A stretch of 64,000 nucleotides of DNA from Octopus sinensis (taxonomy: Eukaryota), in assembly GCF_006345805.1 (NCBI RefSeq), contig NC_043012.1, forward strand, positions 20,212,001-20,276,000. The letters run 5' to 3'. The translations under genes were made by a program, and so were the position numbers. The first letter of the stretch is position 1. The number at the start of each line of letters is the position of its first letter. The notes below the pieces were generated by a model. It was not told the origin of the DNA and searched no databases. It saw only the letters and a list, made by a program, of their open reading frames with translations. Below are positions 12,649-26,099 of the stretch, one piece after another.

Positions 12649-13301
12649 GGTAAGTAAAAGGAATGTAATTAAGAAATCCATAGCTGAGGTGAATGAATCG
12701 GATAAATGCAGACTTAGTGTAGATCTTAAATCCTAAACTCTTTATTGAACTTCAGGTTAGACGTTTTCGGTGATTGCGCGCATATGTATAAATATATTTT
12801 GAAGTATTGGATATTTCCGGCTATTTCTGACTGACTTTATATCTTTCCAGACTTATCATTTAAGGTGTAAGGAGGACATCTCTTTTACAATTTTACTTTT
12901 TAATTTTTATAATTTAAGTTTATGTTCCCCGTTTTCCGTTTTTCGTTTTCCGTTGTTTGCAGTCTGCGTTTTCTATATGCTGCCTTCACAATCTTTTGGC
13001 GTTTCGTCTATTATTCAATTTCTTTAGTTCGTTATGATATATGGTTTGAGATTTCTCAAGAATATATTTGAGTTAGTAGCACTTTTATACACTTCAAATA
13101 AATGATATATATATATATATATATATATATTGTAAAGTATAGAAGCCATCTTATCATGGCTAACCACATTGGGGAGGGGGTGTTACTGTAGCTTTATAGC
13201 CCCAAGAGATCTTCGTCTCTAGCTGGCTCTAGACACAATATCTGTGTCCTTGGAGTATTTGCAAAGGGAGGCCATCCCTTCCTCGCAAGCCTGAGTGATA
13301 C

Positions 13302-13342
13302 GCTCGAACTAGTTTCGGGATTGTTGTCCCTCGTCAACGGGC
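13302..13342 (-). ncRNA. Minimal type I hammerhead (C3U, one stem I mismatch)
   Basis: GCCCG-TTGACGA-GGGAcaacaaTCCC-GAA-ACTAGT-T-CGAGC; palindromic stem III. Confidence 0.65.
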
Positions 13343-13738
13343 AGTAACCACCAGGTAGCGAAGAAAGTGAAGGCTCCTTTGCAAATAGATATAAGTTTTT
13401 CTAATGGCGTCTGTCACTGATGTCGAAAAACGAACAGTAAGCATAATTAAATCTCAGAATGAGAATGAATATATATATAACGGAAAATAGAGAAATACTG
13501 ACCAACAACGATTGACTTACAAAATTTGTTAGTTATTAATTCAATGCAAATTGACTGCATCCTATCTAACTGCGGTTTTTGCTTCCAATGTTGTATGATA
13601 TAGCTATTGATATACAAAACGATGCAAAAATATTTATGATATCTGGTAATAAAACCGATCTGAAACAAGGAGTTTCATCAATATGAAGAGTAAATAATGA
13701 AGAAGCGCATAGAAAAGAAACAGCGAAGATTCAATTTG

Positions 13739-13779
<41 letters not shown>

Positions 13780-14046
13780 AATATAAGAGAGTGGTCAATA
13801 TATTGCTCACTCTAGCACCAGTTAATCCAAAAGGTTTCAACCACGAAAATACATGTTTCCCATGAAAGCCAGTACGACTGTTAGCTCACACGGACAGGGC
13901 AGGTAAAAAATAACAAAAATACAGATTATTTTGGGACAATTGTTTCGCTATTAATGAATTAAATGTAATATTACTTACAAAAAAATCCACTTGGTGTTGA
14001 ATAACTATACTATTAAATTAGTATCTAATTCTCTCACCCTTATTAA

Positions 14047-14077
<31 letters not shown>

Positions 14078-14078
<1 letters not shown>

Positions 14079-14295
14079 GAGTGTAAGCAGATGAATGTGG
14101 AAAAAGTGAGAAAAATATTACTCGAATACTGGATATTGATTAATATGCTTTATTATTGAAGCTGCAAAAATATCACAATAATATCAGAAAAACTGCTACT
14201 CAAACGTTCTCGTTCCCGTTCGTCGGACAAAAAGGAATGTGAAACTCAAGAGTAGCTGTTGTGTATGATATGTATGTATCTGTTATGTTTTTGCG

Positions 14296-14297
<2 letters not shown>
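14078..14297. mobile_element. Decayed mini-foldback with hammerhead-like remnants between (TA)n tracts
   Basis: Reverse complement CCGACGAACGGGAACGAGAACGTTTGAGTAGC resembles forward GGAATGTGAAACTCAAGAGTAGC. Confidence 0.4.
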
Positions 14298-14335
<38 letters not shown>

Positions 14336-14427
14336 TATATATATAAAGTTGAGTTGTGGGGTATCGCACGAGTGGGATTATATAAGAAAAAAGGTTTGAA
14401 AATGCAATTTAAACGATGTTTATTTAC

Positions 14428-14471
14428 TAACTTAACCGGTTTCACTCTTTGGTAAAAGATTGTCAAAAGTA
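14428..14471 (-). ncRNA. Minimal hammerhead, U3-A8 core variant (left arm)
   Basis: Reverse complement ACTT-TTGACAA-TCTTTtaccAAAGAgt-GAA-ACCGGT-T-AAGT. Confidence 0.6.
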
Positions 14472-14510
14472 CATTTAAGGAAACATTGAATAATATGGGT
14501 TCAAAAAAAG

Positions 14511-14710
14511 TTTTTTACATAATTGTCACATTGAGTATTATGCATTCAAAAAGGTTTTTACATAATTGTCACATTGAGTATTATGCATTCAAAAAGGTTT
14601 TTACATAATTGTCACATTGAGTATTATGCATTCAAAAAGGTTTTTACATAATTGTCACATTGGATATTATGAATTCAAAAATGTTTTTTTATACATAATT
14701 GTCACATTAC
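14511..14710. repeat. 43-bp minisatellite, ~4.5 copies (mirrored at ~21225-21390)
   Basis: Unit TTTTTACATAATTGTCACATTGAGTATTATGCATTCAAAAAGG. Confidence 0.92.
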
Positions 14711-15353
14711 ATGTATAGATATAGTGTTTGGTAACAGAGAAGTTCAATAGTGTGATGAGAATATTTGGGAAAATTTGGCAGAAAAGGATAAAACAAATAT
14801 ATTATTGGGAATTGGTTGCGTTAATTATTGGTTGTCGCAAATTGTCACATTAAATGTATATATATACAATCTTCGGTATATATATACAGCCTTTTGACAG
14901 CAAAAATTAGAATGGCTTTTTTATGTATCTCAGAATATTTTAAGTACAAGGCGAGAATATGTTTTTACTGACCTGTTGGGATTAGCAGAAAGGCTGAACT
15001 GAGAGAACAGAGGAAGTAGCCAATGTGGTGTATACTTCCCCTTTATGCATGAATGATTTTGGGGTTATCAGGAGGTTAGTATGCGGGTGTGAATAGATGT
15101 GTCCGTGCCCGCTGGTCAGATAGCGTCTGTTTGTCACACACATATATATACACACACACACACACACAACAACACACACACACACACACATAGTAAACAA
15201 ACACACACCACATACAAACAACACACACACACACACACAGAACACACACACCCACACACAACGCACCCACATATATCACATATACACACAGCACACAAAT
15301 ATAATATGTATCTATATATAACATACACAGATATATAACACACATACACACAC

Positions 15354-15388
<35 letters not shown>

Positions 15389-16336
15389 CACACGCACACA
15401 TACATACATAATATAAATATCACACAAATACACCTAGCATATATATACACACATACAATATACACATACAGCATGTAAGCAATATACATACACAATATAT
15501 GCATGCAATATACATACGCAGTACATACATATAATATATATATATAGACAATGCATATACATATATACACATATACATATAAATAGTGTTTACATACACA
15601 TACATAGATGTACCACATATACCCACAATACACATACATACAACGCATACACATACACGTACGCATACATATAATGTATATATACACACACACACACATA
15701 ACATACATACACAATGTATACATATATATACACGCATGCACATACCTGTATTCACGCATATATAGCACACCTACAATATACATATATACACTGCACACAT
15801 ACACACACATATATACACTTAATTGTACACATACATATACAATACACATACATACAATATACATATACACAATGCGCATGCAAATAATGTACATGTTTAT
15901 ACACACATAAACAAGCAAATAAATATACACACACACACATACACACATACACATATATATACACATATATATATATATATACACACACATACATACATAC
16001 ATGCACATACATATATTTTTTCACACACATACACATACATATATATATATATAAAAAATTCACCCCCCCACACACAAATTACAACTTATAGCGTACACAC
16101 TCAAATATATCTCTACATGCCGCACACACACACAAACAAAGTACTAACATATACACACATACCGTGCATATACACACACAACACACATACACACATATAT
16201 ATATATATATATATATTTAAAAACAAATACACATGTAAATATATACATACGTACATAATGCTCACACACACACACATACACGCACACCCGTACACAGTGC
16301 ACACACACACACATATATACACACGTGCACACACAC

Positions 16337-19261
16337 GAGTTCACAAAGGAACACCTTTCTAGCAACCCATATTTTAAAATATCTACTTCAACTCACACCC
16401 CTCGCCAAAAACAAAGAAAACCAACCACAAAACACCGAACACACACCACCCCTAACATCGACAACAACAACAACAGAACTTAAGACAGCACCACAATCCC
16501 ATCAAAAGAACCGAGACACCCATCATCACACGACAAAACTTTACCAGACAACGTAGACCCCAACCCACACAAGAACCGTTCCAGATTCGGAGATCCTACC
16601 CATCACTTAGAAACCCATCTCTGAACTATGATTGTAGATTCCAACCCAACCCACCGCTCTAACTCAGAGTTCTCCCCCAACATATAGGGATTCACTTCTA
16701 AACCATGAATATAGTTTCCAACCCACTCTAAGGAACCACATTACACCCAGAACAAACCCCAAACCCTGGAATAACCAAAACTTTTCCAGGAGGCCACACC
16801 AACAACCCAGACCCTGGAACAACCAAAACCTCCTCAACAGACAACATAGCAACGGGGGACAGAATCACAACAACCAAAACCTCTTCAACAGACATGTCAA
16901 CGGGGGACAGAATCACATACAGCAAAATACCACAAATAGAAGAACCCCCAGGATTCCTTTTTTAGGCAAGGGCATCAGTTTCCACGACACCAGATGGTAG
17001 ATACCAACCCCGAAAAACAAAAAATAGTGAATCTTTCTAACCTAAACCTGTCGAACACCACAAATAAAAATCCTTTCAAGAGGACTAAAATTCACCCCAA
17101 CTCCGCAATACCCTAACCTGAGGGAAATACAGGATGACATCTCGCACTTCTGCAGAAAATTACGCCTCACAGAGGAATTTTTTGACAGGAAAACTAATAA
17201 TATCGACGATTCAATGGTCTGTAACAAAAGCAACTATAATCCCATAAAAGGCAAAAACAACCTTAGACAAATTTTGCGATTACATCTCCAACTTCCCTTA
17301 TGGTGAACTCCCACAACCTAAACTGAAACCCAACACCAGTAAAAGAGAATGGGAAATCATCCATACGCTACGAGACAATCATGACGTCACAATAAAGGAA
17401 GCTGATAAGGGTAGTACGGTCGTTGTTATGAATACTGAGCAATATAAAAACTCTGTATCTCTCCTTTTAGAGGATACCACATACTACGAAAGAGTAGTCG
17501 ACTACCAGCAATCCAAAACAATGACCAATCTGAAGGCACTCATTTACCAACACCGGAATGACTTGACAGCAAAGGAATGCGACTACATTACTAAATTTAA
17601 TTGCAAAACCAGCACACCTATGGGCTTCCAAAAATACACAAGAGTCAAATTATCACAGAAGCTTGCAAAAGTCCACTTCAACCTGCATCACTATACCACA
17701 TCCCACTGATCTCAAACTGAGACCAATAGTGGCAGGCCCAAGCTGTGAAACACACAGACTTAGCAACTTTATAGATATCATCTTAAAGCCAATACTGAAA
17801 CACATTCCAAGTATTGTAAGAGATGACCTGGACCTATTAAAACCATCTCCCCCAACATGCCGATAAAGACACCTTAATCGTTTCTTTTGATGTTATTAAT
17901 CTTTACACCACAATCCCACATGAATTTGGACTGGAAGCCATTAAATTCTGGCTGGATAAATATCCCAATGAGATCCGGAAAGAATTAAAAAAGAATTCAT
18001 AATTGAGGGCCTCAAATTTATTCTGCAAAACAACTTCATGTATTTCCACACAACACTTACAGACAGGTCTCAGGTACTGCAATGGGTACGAAGGTTGCAC
18101 CTACCTATGCAAACCTGGTGATGGCCTACCTGGAATCACATATCTATGAAAAATCCAAATATAAGTACGGCCAGTCTTTCCACAAATACCTGTTGGAGAA
18201 CTGGAAACGCTACTTAGATGATTGCCTCATCCTATGGTCCCACACACTCGACCAACTTATAGACTTCAAAAACCTTATCAACAGTGTAAATAACAACATT
18301 CAATTCACAATGGAATATAGTCAGGACCAACTCCCTTTTCTTGACATCCTAATCATTAAAAAAGGCGTCAACATTGAAACTGACATCCATTACAAACCCA
18401 CTGACTCTAAACAATACCTTCTATTCACCTCCAATCACCCAAAACACACAAAGACAAATATCCCCTTCAACCTAGCGAGAAGAATCTGCACTATTGTCTC
18501 AAATGACACAACACGAATAGAAGACTCCGGGAACTAAGGCAATTCTTCTCGAAAGACATTACCCGGCATCACTAGTAGACAACGGAATAGAACGGGCCAA
18601 ATCAATCAACATTCAAGACCTTCGAAAACCCCAACACATCCACAGTACAGTCACTATACCTCCCTTATCTCTCAACACACAACCCAGGAATGCAGAAGCT
18701 TACACTATTATATACAACAACATTCCACAACTAAATCAAGCCACGCCTGAAAAAATACTGGCAGCTCATAAAATAATAAAAAGTAAGAGACAACCTAAAT
18801 CCCTAAAAAACCTCCTCACCAACGGAAAATTACACAACACAACCCACCGCCCACCATCATAAAATGTGGTCGCCCCACTGCAAGACCTGCATCCACCTCA
18901 TTGAGGGATCATCGTACAAGTTCCACTCGGGACACACATTCATCATAAAAAATAATTTCACGTGCGCATCAAAAAATTTACTCTACGTCATAAGGTGTGA
19001 AGGATGCCACGAAGATTACATAGGGCAAACGAGCCTTACCCTCAGAGACAGAATGACAGTTCACACCGACAACAACTGAGGGACCCCTCCACAAGACAGA
19101 TACCACTAAGTGGACACTTAGACCTTTGTGCACACAATAAGTCCCCCAAATTCTTAGTCTTCCCACTATACCAATGCTCGGACAACACCACAGACCAAAC
19201 ACGAATAAATAAGGAAAGTAATCTTATTCAAAAATACAGACCACAACTAAACATACTCTAA
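16337..19261 (+). pseudogene. Penelope-like RT + Cys linker + GIY-YIG endonuclease ORF, 5'-truncated and frameshifted
   Basis: IKEADKGSTVV, LRPIVAGPSCETHRLS, SFDVINLYTTIPH, GTAMGTKVAPTYANL, WKRYLDDCL, LPFLDI, YKPTDSKQYL, HCKTC, LLYVIRCEGCHEDYIGQT; stop at 19259-19261. Confidence 0.93.
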
Positions 19262-19446
19262 CATACCCCCTGGAAACACATCCAGAGCAAACACACAGGG
19301 ACGCGCGCACGCTCACAGCATATCGTGCGGGCGGGCACATGCGCGCATCGGCACGCATAGGACACACTAGCGGGCATTGACCACACACATACGTGGCATG
19401 CACACGCATGCATTATATATATGTAGGTGATGTATGTGTGTGAGTG

Positions 19447-19488
<42 letters not shown>

Positions 19489-19594
19489 ACGTTGTGTGTG
19501 TGTGTGTGCGCGGGTGTATATATATATATGTGTGTGTGTGTGCACTGTGTGCGTGTGTGTGTATGTGTGTGCGTGCGCGCACGTTGTGTGTATG

Positions 19595-19712
19595 TGTGTG
19601 TGCACGTGTGTATATATGTGTGTGTGTGTGTGCACTGTGTACGGGTGTGCGTGTATGTGTGTGTGTGTGAGCATTATGTACGTATGTATATATTTACATG
19701 TGTATTTGTTTT

Positions 19713-19753
<41 letters not shown>

Positions 19754-20764
19754 ATGTGTGTTGTGTGTGTATATGCACGGTATGTGTGTATATGTTAGTA
19801 CTTTGTTTGTGTGTGTGTGCGGCATGTAGAGATATATTTGAGTGTGTACGCTATAAGTTGTAATTTGTGTGGGGGGGGTGAATTTTTTATATATATATAT
19901 ATGTGTATGTGTGTGAAAAAATATATGTATGTGCATGTATGTATGTATGTATGTGTGTATATATATATATATATATATGTGTATATATATGTGTATGTGT
20001 GTATGTGTGTGTGTATATTTACTTGCTTGTTTATGTGTGTATAAACATGTACATTATTTGCATGCGCATTGTGTATATGTATATTGTATGTATGTGTATT
20101 GTATATGTATGTGTACAATTAAGTGTATATATGTGTGTGTATGTGTGCAGTGTATATATGTATATTGTAGGTGTGCTATATATGCGTGAATACAGGTATG
20201 TGCATTGCGTGTATATATATGTATACATTGTGTATGTATGTTATGTGTGTGTGTGTGTATATATACATTATATGTATGCATACGTGTATGTGTATGCGTT
20301 GTATGTATGTGTATTGTGGGTATATGTGGTACATCTATGTATGTGTATGTAAACACTATTTATATGTATATGTGTATATATGTATATGCATTGTCTATAT
20401 ATATATATTATATGTATGTACTGCGTATGTATATTGCATGCATATATTGTGTATGTATATTGCTTACATGCTGTATGTGTATATTGTATGTGTGTATATA
20501 TATGCTAGGTGTATTTGTGTGATATTTATATTATGTATGTATGTGTGCGTGTGTTGTGTGTGTGTGTGTGTGTGTGTTGTGTGTGTATGTGTGTTATATA
20601 TCTGTGTATGTTATATATAGATACATATTATATTTGTGTGCTGTGTGTATATGTGATATATGTGGGTGCGTTGTGTGTGGGTGTGTGTGTTCTGTGTGTG
20701 TGTGTGTGTTGTTTGTATGTGGTGTGTGTTTGTTTACTATGTGTGTGTGTGTGTTGTGTGTTGT

Positions 20765-20795
<31 letters not shown>

Positions 20796-21499
20796 GTGTG
20801 ACAAACAGACGCTATCTGACCAGCGGGCACGGACACATCTATTCACACCCGCATACTAACCTCCTGATAACCCCAAAATCATTCATGCATAAAGGGGAAG
20901 TATACACCACATTGGCTACTTCCTCTGTTCTCTCAGTTCAGCCTTTCTGCTAATCCCAACAGGTCAGTAAAAACATATTCTCGCCTTGTACTTAAAATAT
21001 TCTGAGATGTATAAAAAGCCATTCTAATTTTTGCTGTCAAAAGGCTGTATATATATACCGAAGATTGTATATATATACATGTAATGTGACAATTTGCGAC
21101 AACCAATAATTAACGCAACCAATTCCCAATAATATTTTGTTTTATCCTTTTCTGCCAAATTTTCCCAAATATTCTCATCACACTATTGAACTTCTCTGTT
21201 ACCAAACACTATATCTATACATGTAATGTGACAATTATGTATAAAAAAACATTTTTGAATTCATAATATCCAATGTGACAATTATGTAAAAACCTTTTGA
21301 ATGCATAATACTCAATGTGACAATTATGTAAAAACCTTTTGAATGCATAATACTCAATGTGACAATTATGTAAAAACTTTTTTTGAACCCATATTATTCA
21401 ATGTTTCCTTAAATGTAACTTTTGACAATCTTTTACCAAAGAGTGAAACCGGTTAAGTAAATAAACATCGTTTAAATTGCATTTTCAAACCTTTTTTCT

Positions 21500-21504
<5 letters not shown>
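19595..21504 (+). repeat. Right arm: element 3' UTR, rich in complex CA/TA microsatellite
   Basis: Mirror of 14381-16336. Confidence 0.95.
21416..21458 (+). ncRNA. Minimal hammerhead, U3-A8 core variant, predicted cleavage after GUU at 21454
   Basis: ACTT-TTGACAA-TCTTTtaccAAAGAgt-GAA-ACCGGT-T-AAGT; base of stem II imperfect. Confidence 0.62.
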
Positions 21505-21534
<30 letters not shown>

Positions 21535-21556
21535 ATGTATGTGTATATGTGCATAC

Positions 21557-21597
<41 letters not shown>

Positions 21598-21648
21598 CAT
21601 ATATGTATATATATATAATATATATTATATATATATATATATGTGTGT

Positions 21649-21686
<38 letters not shown>

Positions 21687-22030
21687 GTGTAATGTTCCGT
21701 GAAGTTGGCATGCGCAAAATAGGGTGAAAAAAAAGTTTTAATTATAAAAACATATAATTATGCCCGACTATTACATTTATGCGATGAACACAAGACAGGC
21801 AGTATTTCTTAACACGTCTATCTTCAAACCACGATCCTCGGGCGTTACGCACATAGCATAACCAGCTATAAATAGGACGAAAGCATGAGAGTAAAAGCGT
21901 GAAAGAGTTATATAAAAACGGTGAACAGTTAGGTTTTTCAACCTCACACCTTGTATATCTACAACGTTTTCGCCTTCTCTAGCTTAATCCCCCACCGTAT
22001 CGTCCCGTTTTACCATGCCATACCATTTGG

Positions 22031-22087
22031 GTACTTCCTGAAGATTTTGCTAAGACATCAGGCGCGTTAAAAAGAAACTGTCAGGTA
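22031..22087 (+). ncRNA. Decayed hammerhead-like motif
   Basis: CTGAAGA-TTTT...AAAAA-GAAAC-T-GTC; stem I poor; diverged inverted copy near 21780-21830. Confidence 0.35.
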
Positions 22088-22450
22088 TGCTTTCATCGTC
22101 TGATCTAAGAGTAATACATAAACACACACACACACACATACATGCAGACACAGACATATATATATATATATATATATATGTTCTTACTAAATAATATATT
22201 AATATATACTTATACATACATATATATACATGTATAATATATTATATATATATATAATATATATATATATATATAAGTGTGTGTGCATTCTGTGCGTGTA
22301 TGTGTTGTGTGTGTGTGTGCATTCTGTGCGTGTATGTGTTGTGTGTGTGTGTGTGTCTACAGACATAGAAATGCACTTTCATATACACACATATGTAAAA
22401 CACTGGAAATGCGAAAAACCTCGTATATATATATATATGTATATATATAT

Positions 22451-22527
<77 letters not shown>

Positions 22528-23652
22528 ATGTACGCGTCCGTGGAGAGATTCAATGCTTGATAGGTAAATAAAATTTAAATCTTGTGCAGAATCATTTGAG
22601 AGATGCCTACAGCTTCAGTCACGTATACTCGCGCACACACGCACATACAGATATATAAACATCCACATATGCACATACGTACACAGAGGCACACTCACAC
22701 GCAAAAACACACACACACACAAATTTATGCGACTGCACATGCATCAGTGTCTGTATGTGACTAGTTGTATACACATCTATCTACTTTAATGTTACACATG
22801 CAAGCAACCACATACATACACACATGCATCCATACAAACACACACACACGCACGTACATGCACACAGAATAAAAAAGAATACGCACAACACACATACTTA
22901 CACTTATATATATTCATATACACTCTGATAAAGCCCAGGAAACAAGAAAGCAAATGATAATATCAAATTTGAAGGACAATTATATATTTATATTAAGAAA
23001 GCGAGAGAAGCTTCTCAAATGTTCCCGAAGGATTGCCAGCAGATATTCTTAATTCCTGAAAAGATTATACAAATCACTGCAAATGTCGTGTCAAATTTTC
23101 AAATGGTTTGAAATACATTTTCTACCTACGGCATGAATGATATTTAAAACACGCCAAATACAAATCTTATTTTAAATATCCTTCGGTTACCGAATGCAAC
23201 TATTGTCAAAAGCATATTATTTCTAGAAGAACAGAAGCAAGAAACTTGCGAATAATTTTCTTTTAATACTTAACCAGTTTATACGGTACTTTCATAAAAT
23301 TGCTGGGACTTCAAATTCTTTGAACAAAGGAAGGATTGTAGCATGTTTCATGTGTGCCAGAGACCAGAAAATAATAGGCCAAAGTTAGAAGATATAGCCA
23401 AAGTAGAGAACACAAAAACGGAGGCAAATATCTCTAAGATTTGGAATTTCGGTAAACCATAAGTGTAAATATCCCGAAGTTTGATATTCTTATTGGATAC
23501 ACTTGGGAGAACATATTTAGAATAAGGTACAAATGTATACATGATTACCCCCACACAGGGAATTAATTCATAGATCTGTCTATATTTATACGTAGCGACT
23601 CCTTCATATATATGTGTGAATCCATATAAATAAATGTATATATATATATATA

Positions 23653-23711
<59 letters not shown>

Positions 23712-23770
23712 TATATATATATATATACGCACATACATATATATGCACACATATATGTATGTACACATAT

Positions 23771-23821
<51 letters not shown>

Positions 23822-24429
23822 CATATATACATATACATATACATATACCATATATGTAGAGAGAGTGAGAGAGAGAGAGATGAATATAAAAAATGAATTG
23901 AACGACATACTTTATTTTTTTAAAAATTAAAAGATCTTAGGCAGGTGTAATCTTATACCAACGGTAGTCGCAAGTGTGTCATTGTAATATAGAAAGATGG
24001 TTCTTCTGGAAAAGTTCCTTGGGCATCAATATATGTTGAAATTCAAGAACTGAACATTTTGGTTCATGTCCTTATGTGACAAAACTCCTTTTACGGTGTT
24101 GGTCCCCACATGATCGCGGCTAGAATCCACACTTTTACTCTTCCTGTATAATCTTCCCATATATCTTATCTTCTTTTAATTTTTTTAATATTTTAACTTT
24201 TTATTGTTTATATAGATTTTTTAAATTTTATTCCCTTTTTCCTTTTTAATTGTATGAACGTGTACGTGTGTGACAATATGTATACGTATGTATATATTTT
24301 ATATGTAAACGTATGTATATATTTCATATGTATATATGTGTGCGTGTGTTATATATGTGTAAGATTATGTCCAGTGCATAAGGACGAATTTCATGCACAC
24401 GTGTGCGTGAGTTACGTGTATATATATAT

Positions 24430-25554
24430 ATTGGGTTGGCAACTAAGTTCCGGCAGCTTTTTATTTTATTTAATCTTTTAAAAGGTTTAATAAAACGTGA
24501 CAATTAATTAATCGATAATGTATTCACCCCTGTTGTTTACAACTTCTTCCCAAAGTTCAACAAGATTTTCAATACCTCGTTGGTTGAAATCGCCCGATTT
24601 CGACTCTAAAAATTGATCCAACCAATCTCTCAATGCTGCATCAGTATTGAACGAAATTCTGCGCATAGCATTTGAAAGAGATCGAAAGAAGTGGAAATCC
24701 GTTGGTGCCAAATCAGGAGAGTACGGCGGATGTGGCAGCACTTCCCATTCATGCGTTTGAATGGCTTCCTTGATCATATTGACGATATGAGAGCGGCCGT
24801 TTTCGTGCAGCAGAAGAACTCCATGATGGCGTTTCGGTCTTTTCTCTTGAATAGCCGTGTTGAGTCGTTCCATCTGTTCAACATAGAGTTCCGCGTTGAC
24901 AGTTTGGTTCCGTTCAAGCAATTCGTATTGGATACTTCCTTCTCAGTCCCATCATACGCACAATATCGTTTTACGCGGATGAAGATCTTGTTTCACGTGC
25001 GGTGTCGGTTGTTTATCGGGGCTAAGCCATTCCTTACGCTGCTTCATATTGATGTACAGGCGCCATTTTTTCGTCGCCAGTAACGATTCGGTAAAGAAAT
25101 CGTTGCTTGTGTCCATGAGTTGAGCGGTGACGAGCAAACAAACCAGCGGAGATTATGGTTCGTTGATTTTTGTTGTTGTCACTTAAAGCATGCGGAACCC
25201 ATGCTCCATACTTATGAAAATTTACCATCGAGTGAAGATACTTCTTTATAGCAGTGTGAGAGCATTCCGTTTTCTCTGAGAGTTCCCTTGTCATTTGATG
25301 AGAATTTTCTTGCAAAAGTTAATTTAATCTTTCTTCATCCAGCTCAACTGCACGGCCAGACCGAGATGCGTCTTTGAGGTCAAAATTTCCATTTTTTACT
25401 TGGCATACCAATCACGAGGGGTTCTTCCTGCTATGTCACCCTCTCCATACACAGCACAAATGTCGCGAGCAGCTTTTGCGGCCTTAGAACTTTGATTAAA
25501 AGCAAATAGAAGGAGGGGAAGAAAATGCTCGTTTTGCTTAACATGACATTCCAT
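24430..25554 (-). mobile_element. Mariner transposon, frameshifted transposase, only one TIR visible
   Basis: MECHVKQNEHF start, GAWVPHALS, RIVTGDEK, LLLHENGRSH, HPPYSPDLAPTDFHFF; TIR-like TATTGGGTTGGCAACTAAGT at the left end. Confidence 0.93.
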
Positions 25555-26014
25555 TTTATTGAAATGCTGCCATTAATATCCCATGAGAATGTATCGTAGT
25601 CCTTCGCTCCGACATTTGAAACTTCGAATACTATAATGACTACTGTCTATTGTTTATTCTATATTATAAGATATATAAATATCCTCTATCTAATATCAAG
25701 GTCTGATTATTTCGTTGCTACTTATCATTATTATTATTATTATTATTATCTTTTTTTTCCTCGTCTTTCAAATTTGCTTCCATTTCTTGCCGAGTGTCTT
25801 CCCGACTCTTAGGGCAAAGAAACTCATAGTATACATTGGTAGGCCATTAAACTAAACTCACTAGTTCGTTCATTTTTTTTAAAGTTAAATTAAAATAAAT
25901 GGGTAGTAATAGTTCTCATAGTTAATAGTTAATAGTTATTATTATTATTATTATTATTATTATATTATTATTATTATTATTATTATTGGTGTTCTTGTTG
26001 TTGTTATTATTTTC

Positions 26015-26099
<85 letters not shown>

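Larger units (their letters stand above)
14381..16336 (-). repeat. Left inverted arm (inverted copy of the element 3' UTR)
   Basis: Both unique and microsatellite segments mirror 19595-21504. Confidence 0.95.
14345..21504 (+). mobile_element. Penelope-like retroelement (Neptune-like) with ~1.9-kb inverted terminal arms, inserted in (TA)n
   Basis: Arms 14381-16336 and ~19595-21504 are near-identical reverse complements enclosing an RT + GIY-YIG coding region. Confidence 0.93.

Noticed and set aside
14511-14710. CRISPR-like regular repeats
   Set aside because: No unique spacers; contiguous 43-bp minisatellite in eukaryotic DNA
14381-21504. DNA transposon or Polinton with long TIRs
   Set aside because: The enclosed ORF is RT + GIY-YIG, and the arms are copies of its 3' UTR
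23340-23540. Possible decayed RLE C-terminus
   Set aside because: Catalytic motif not recognisable
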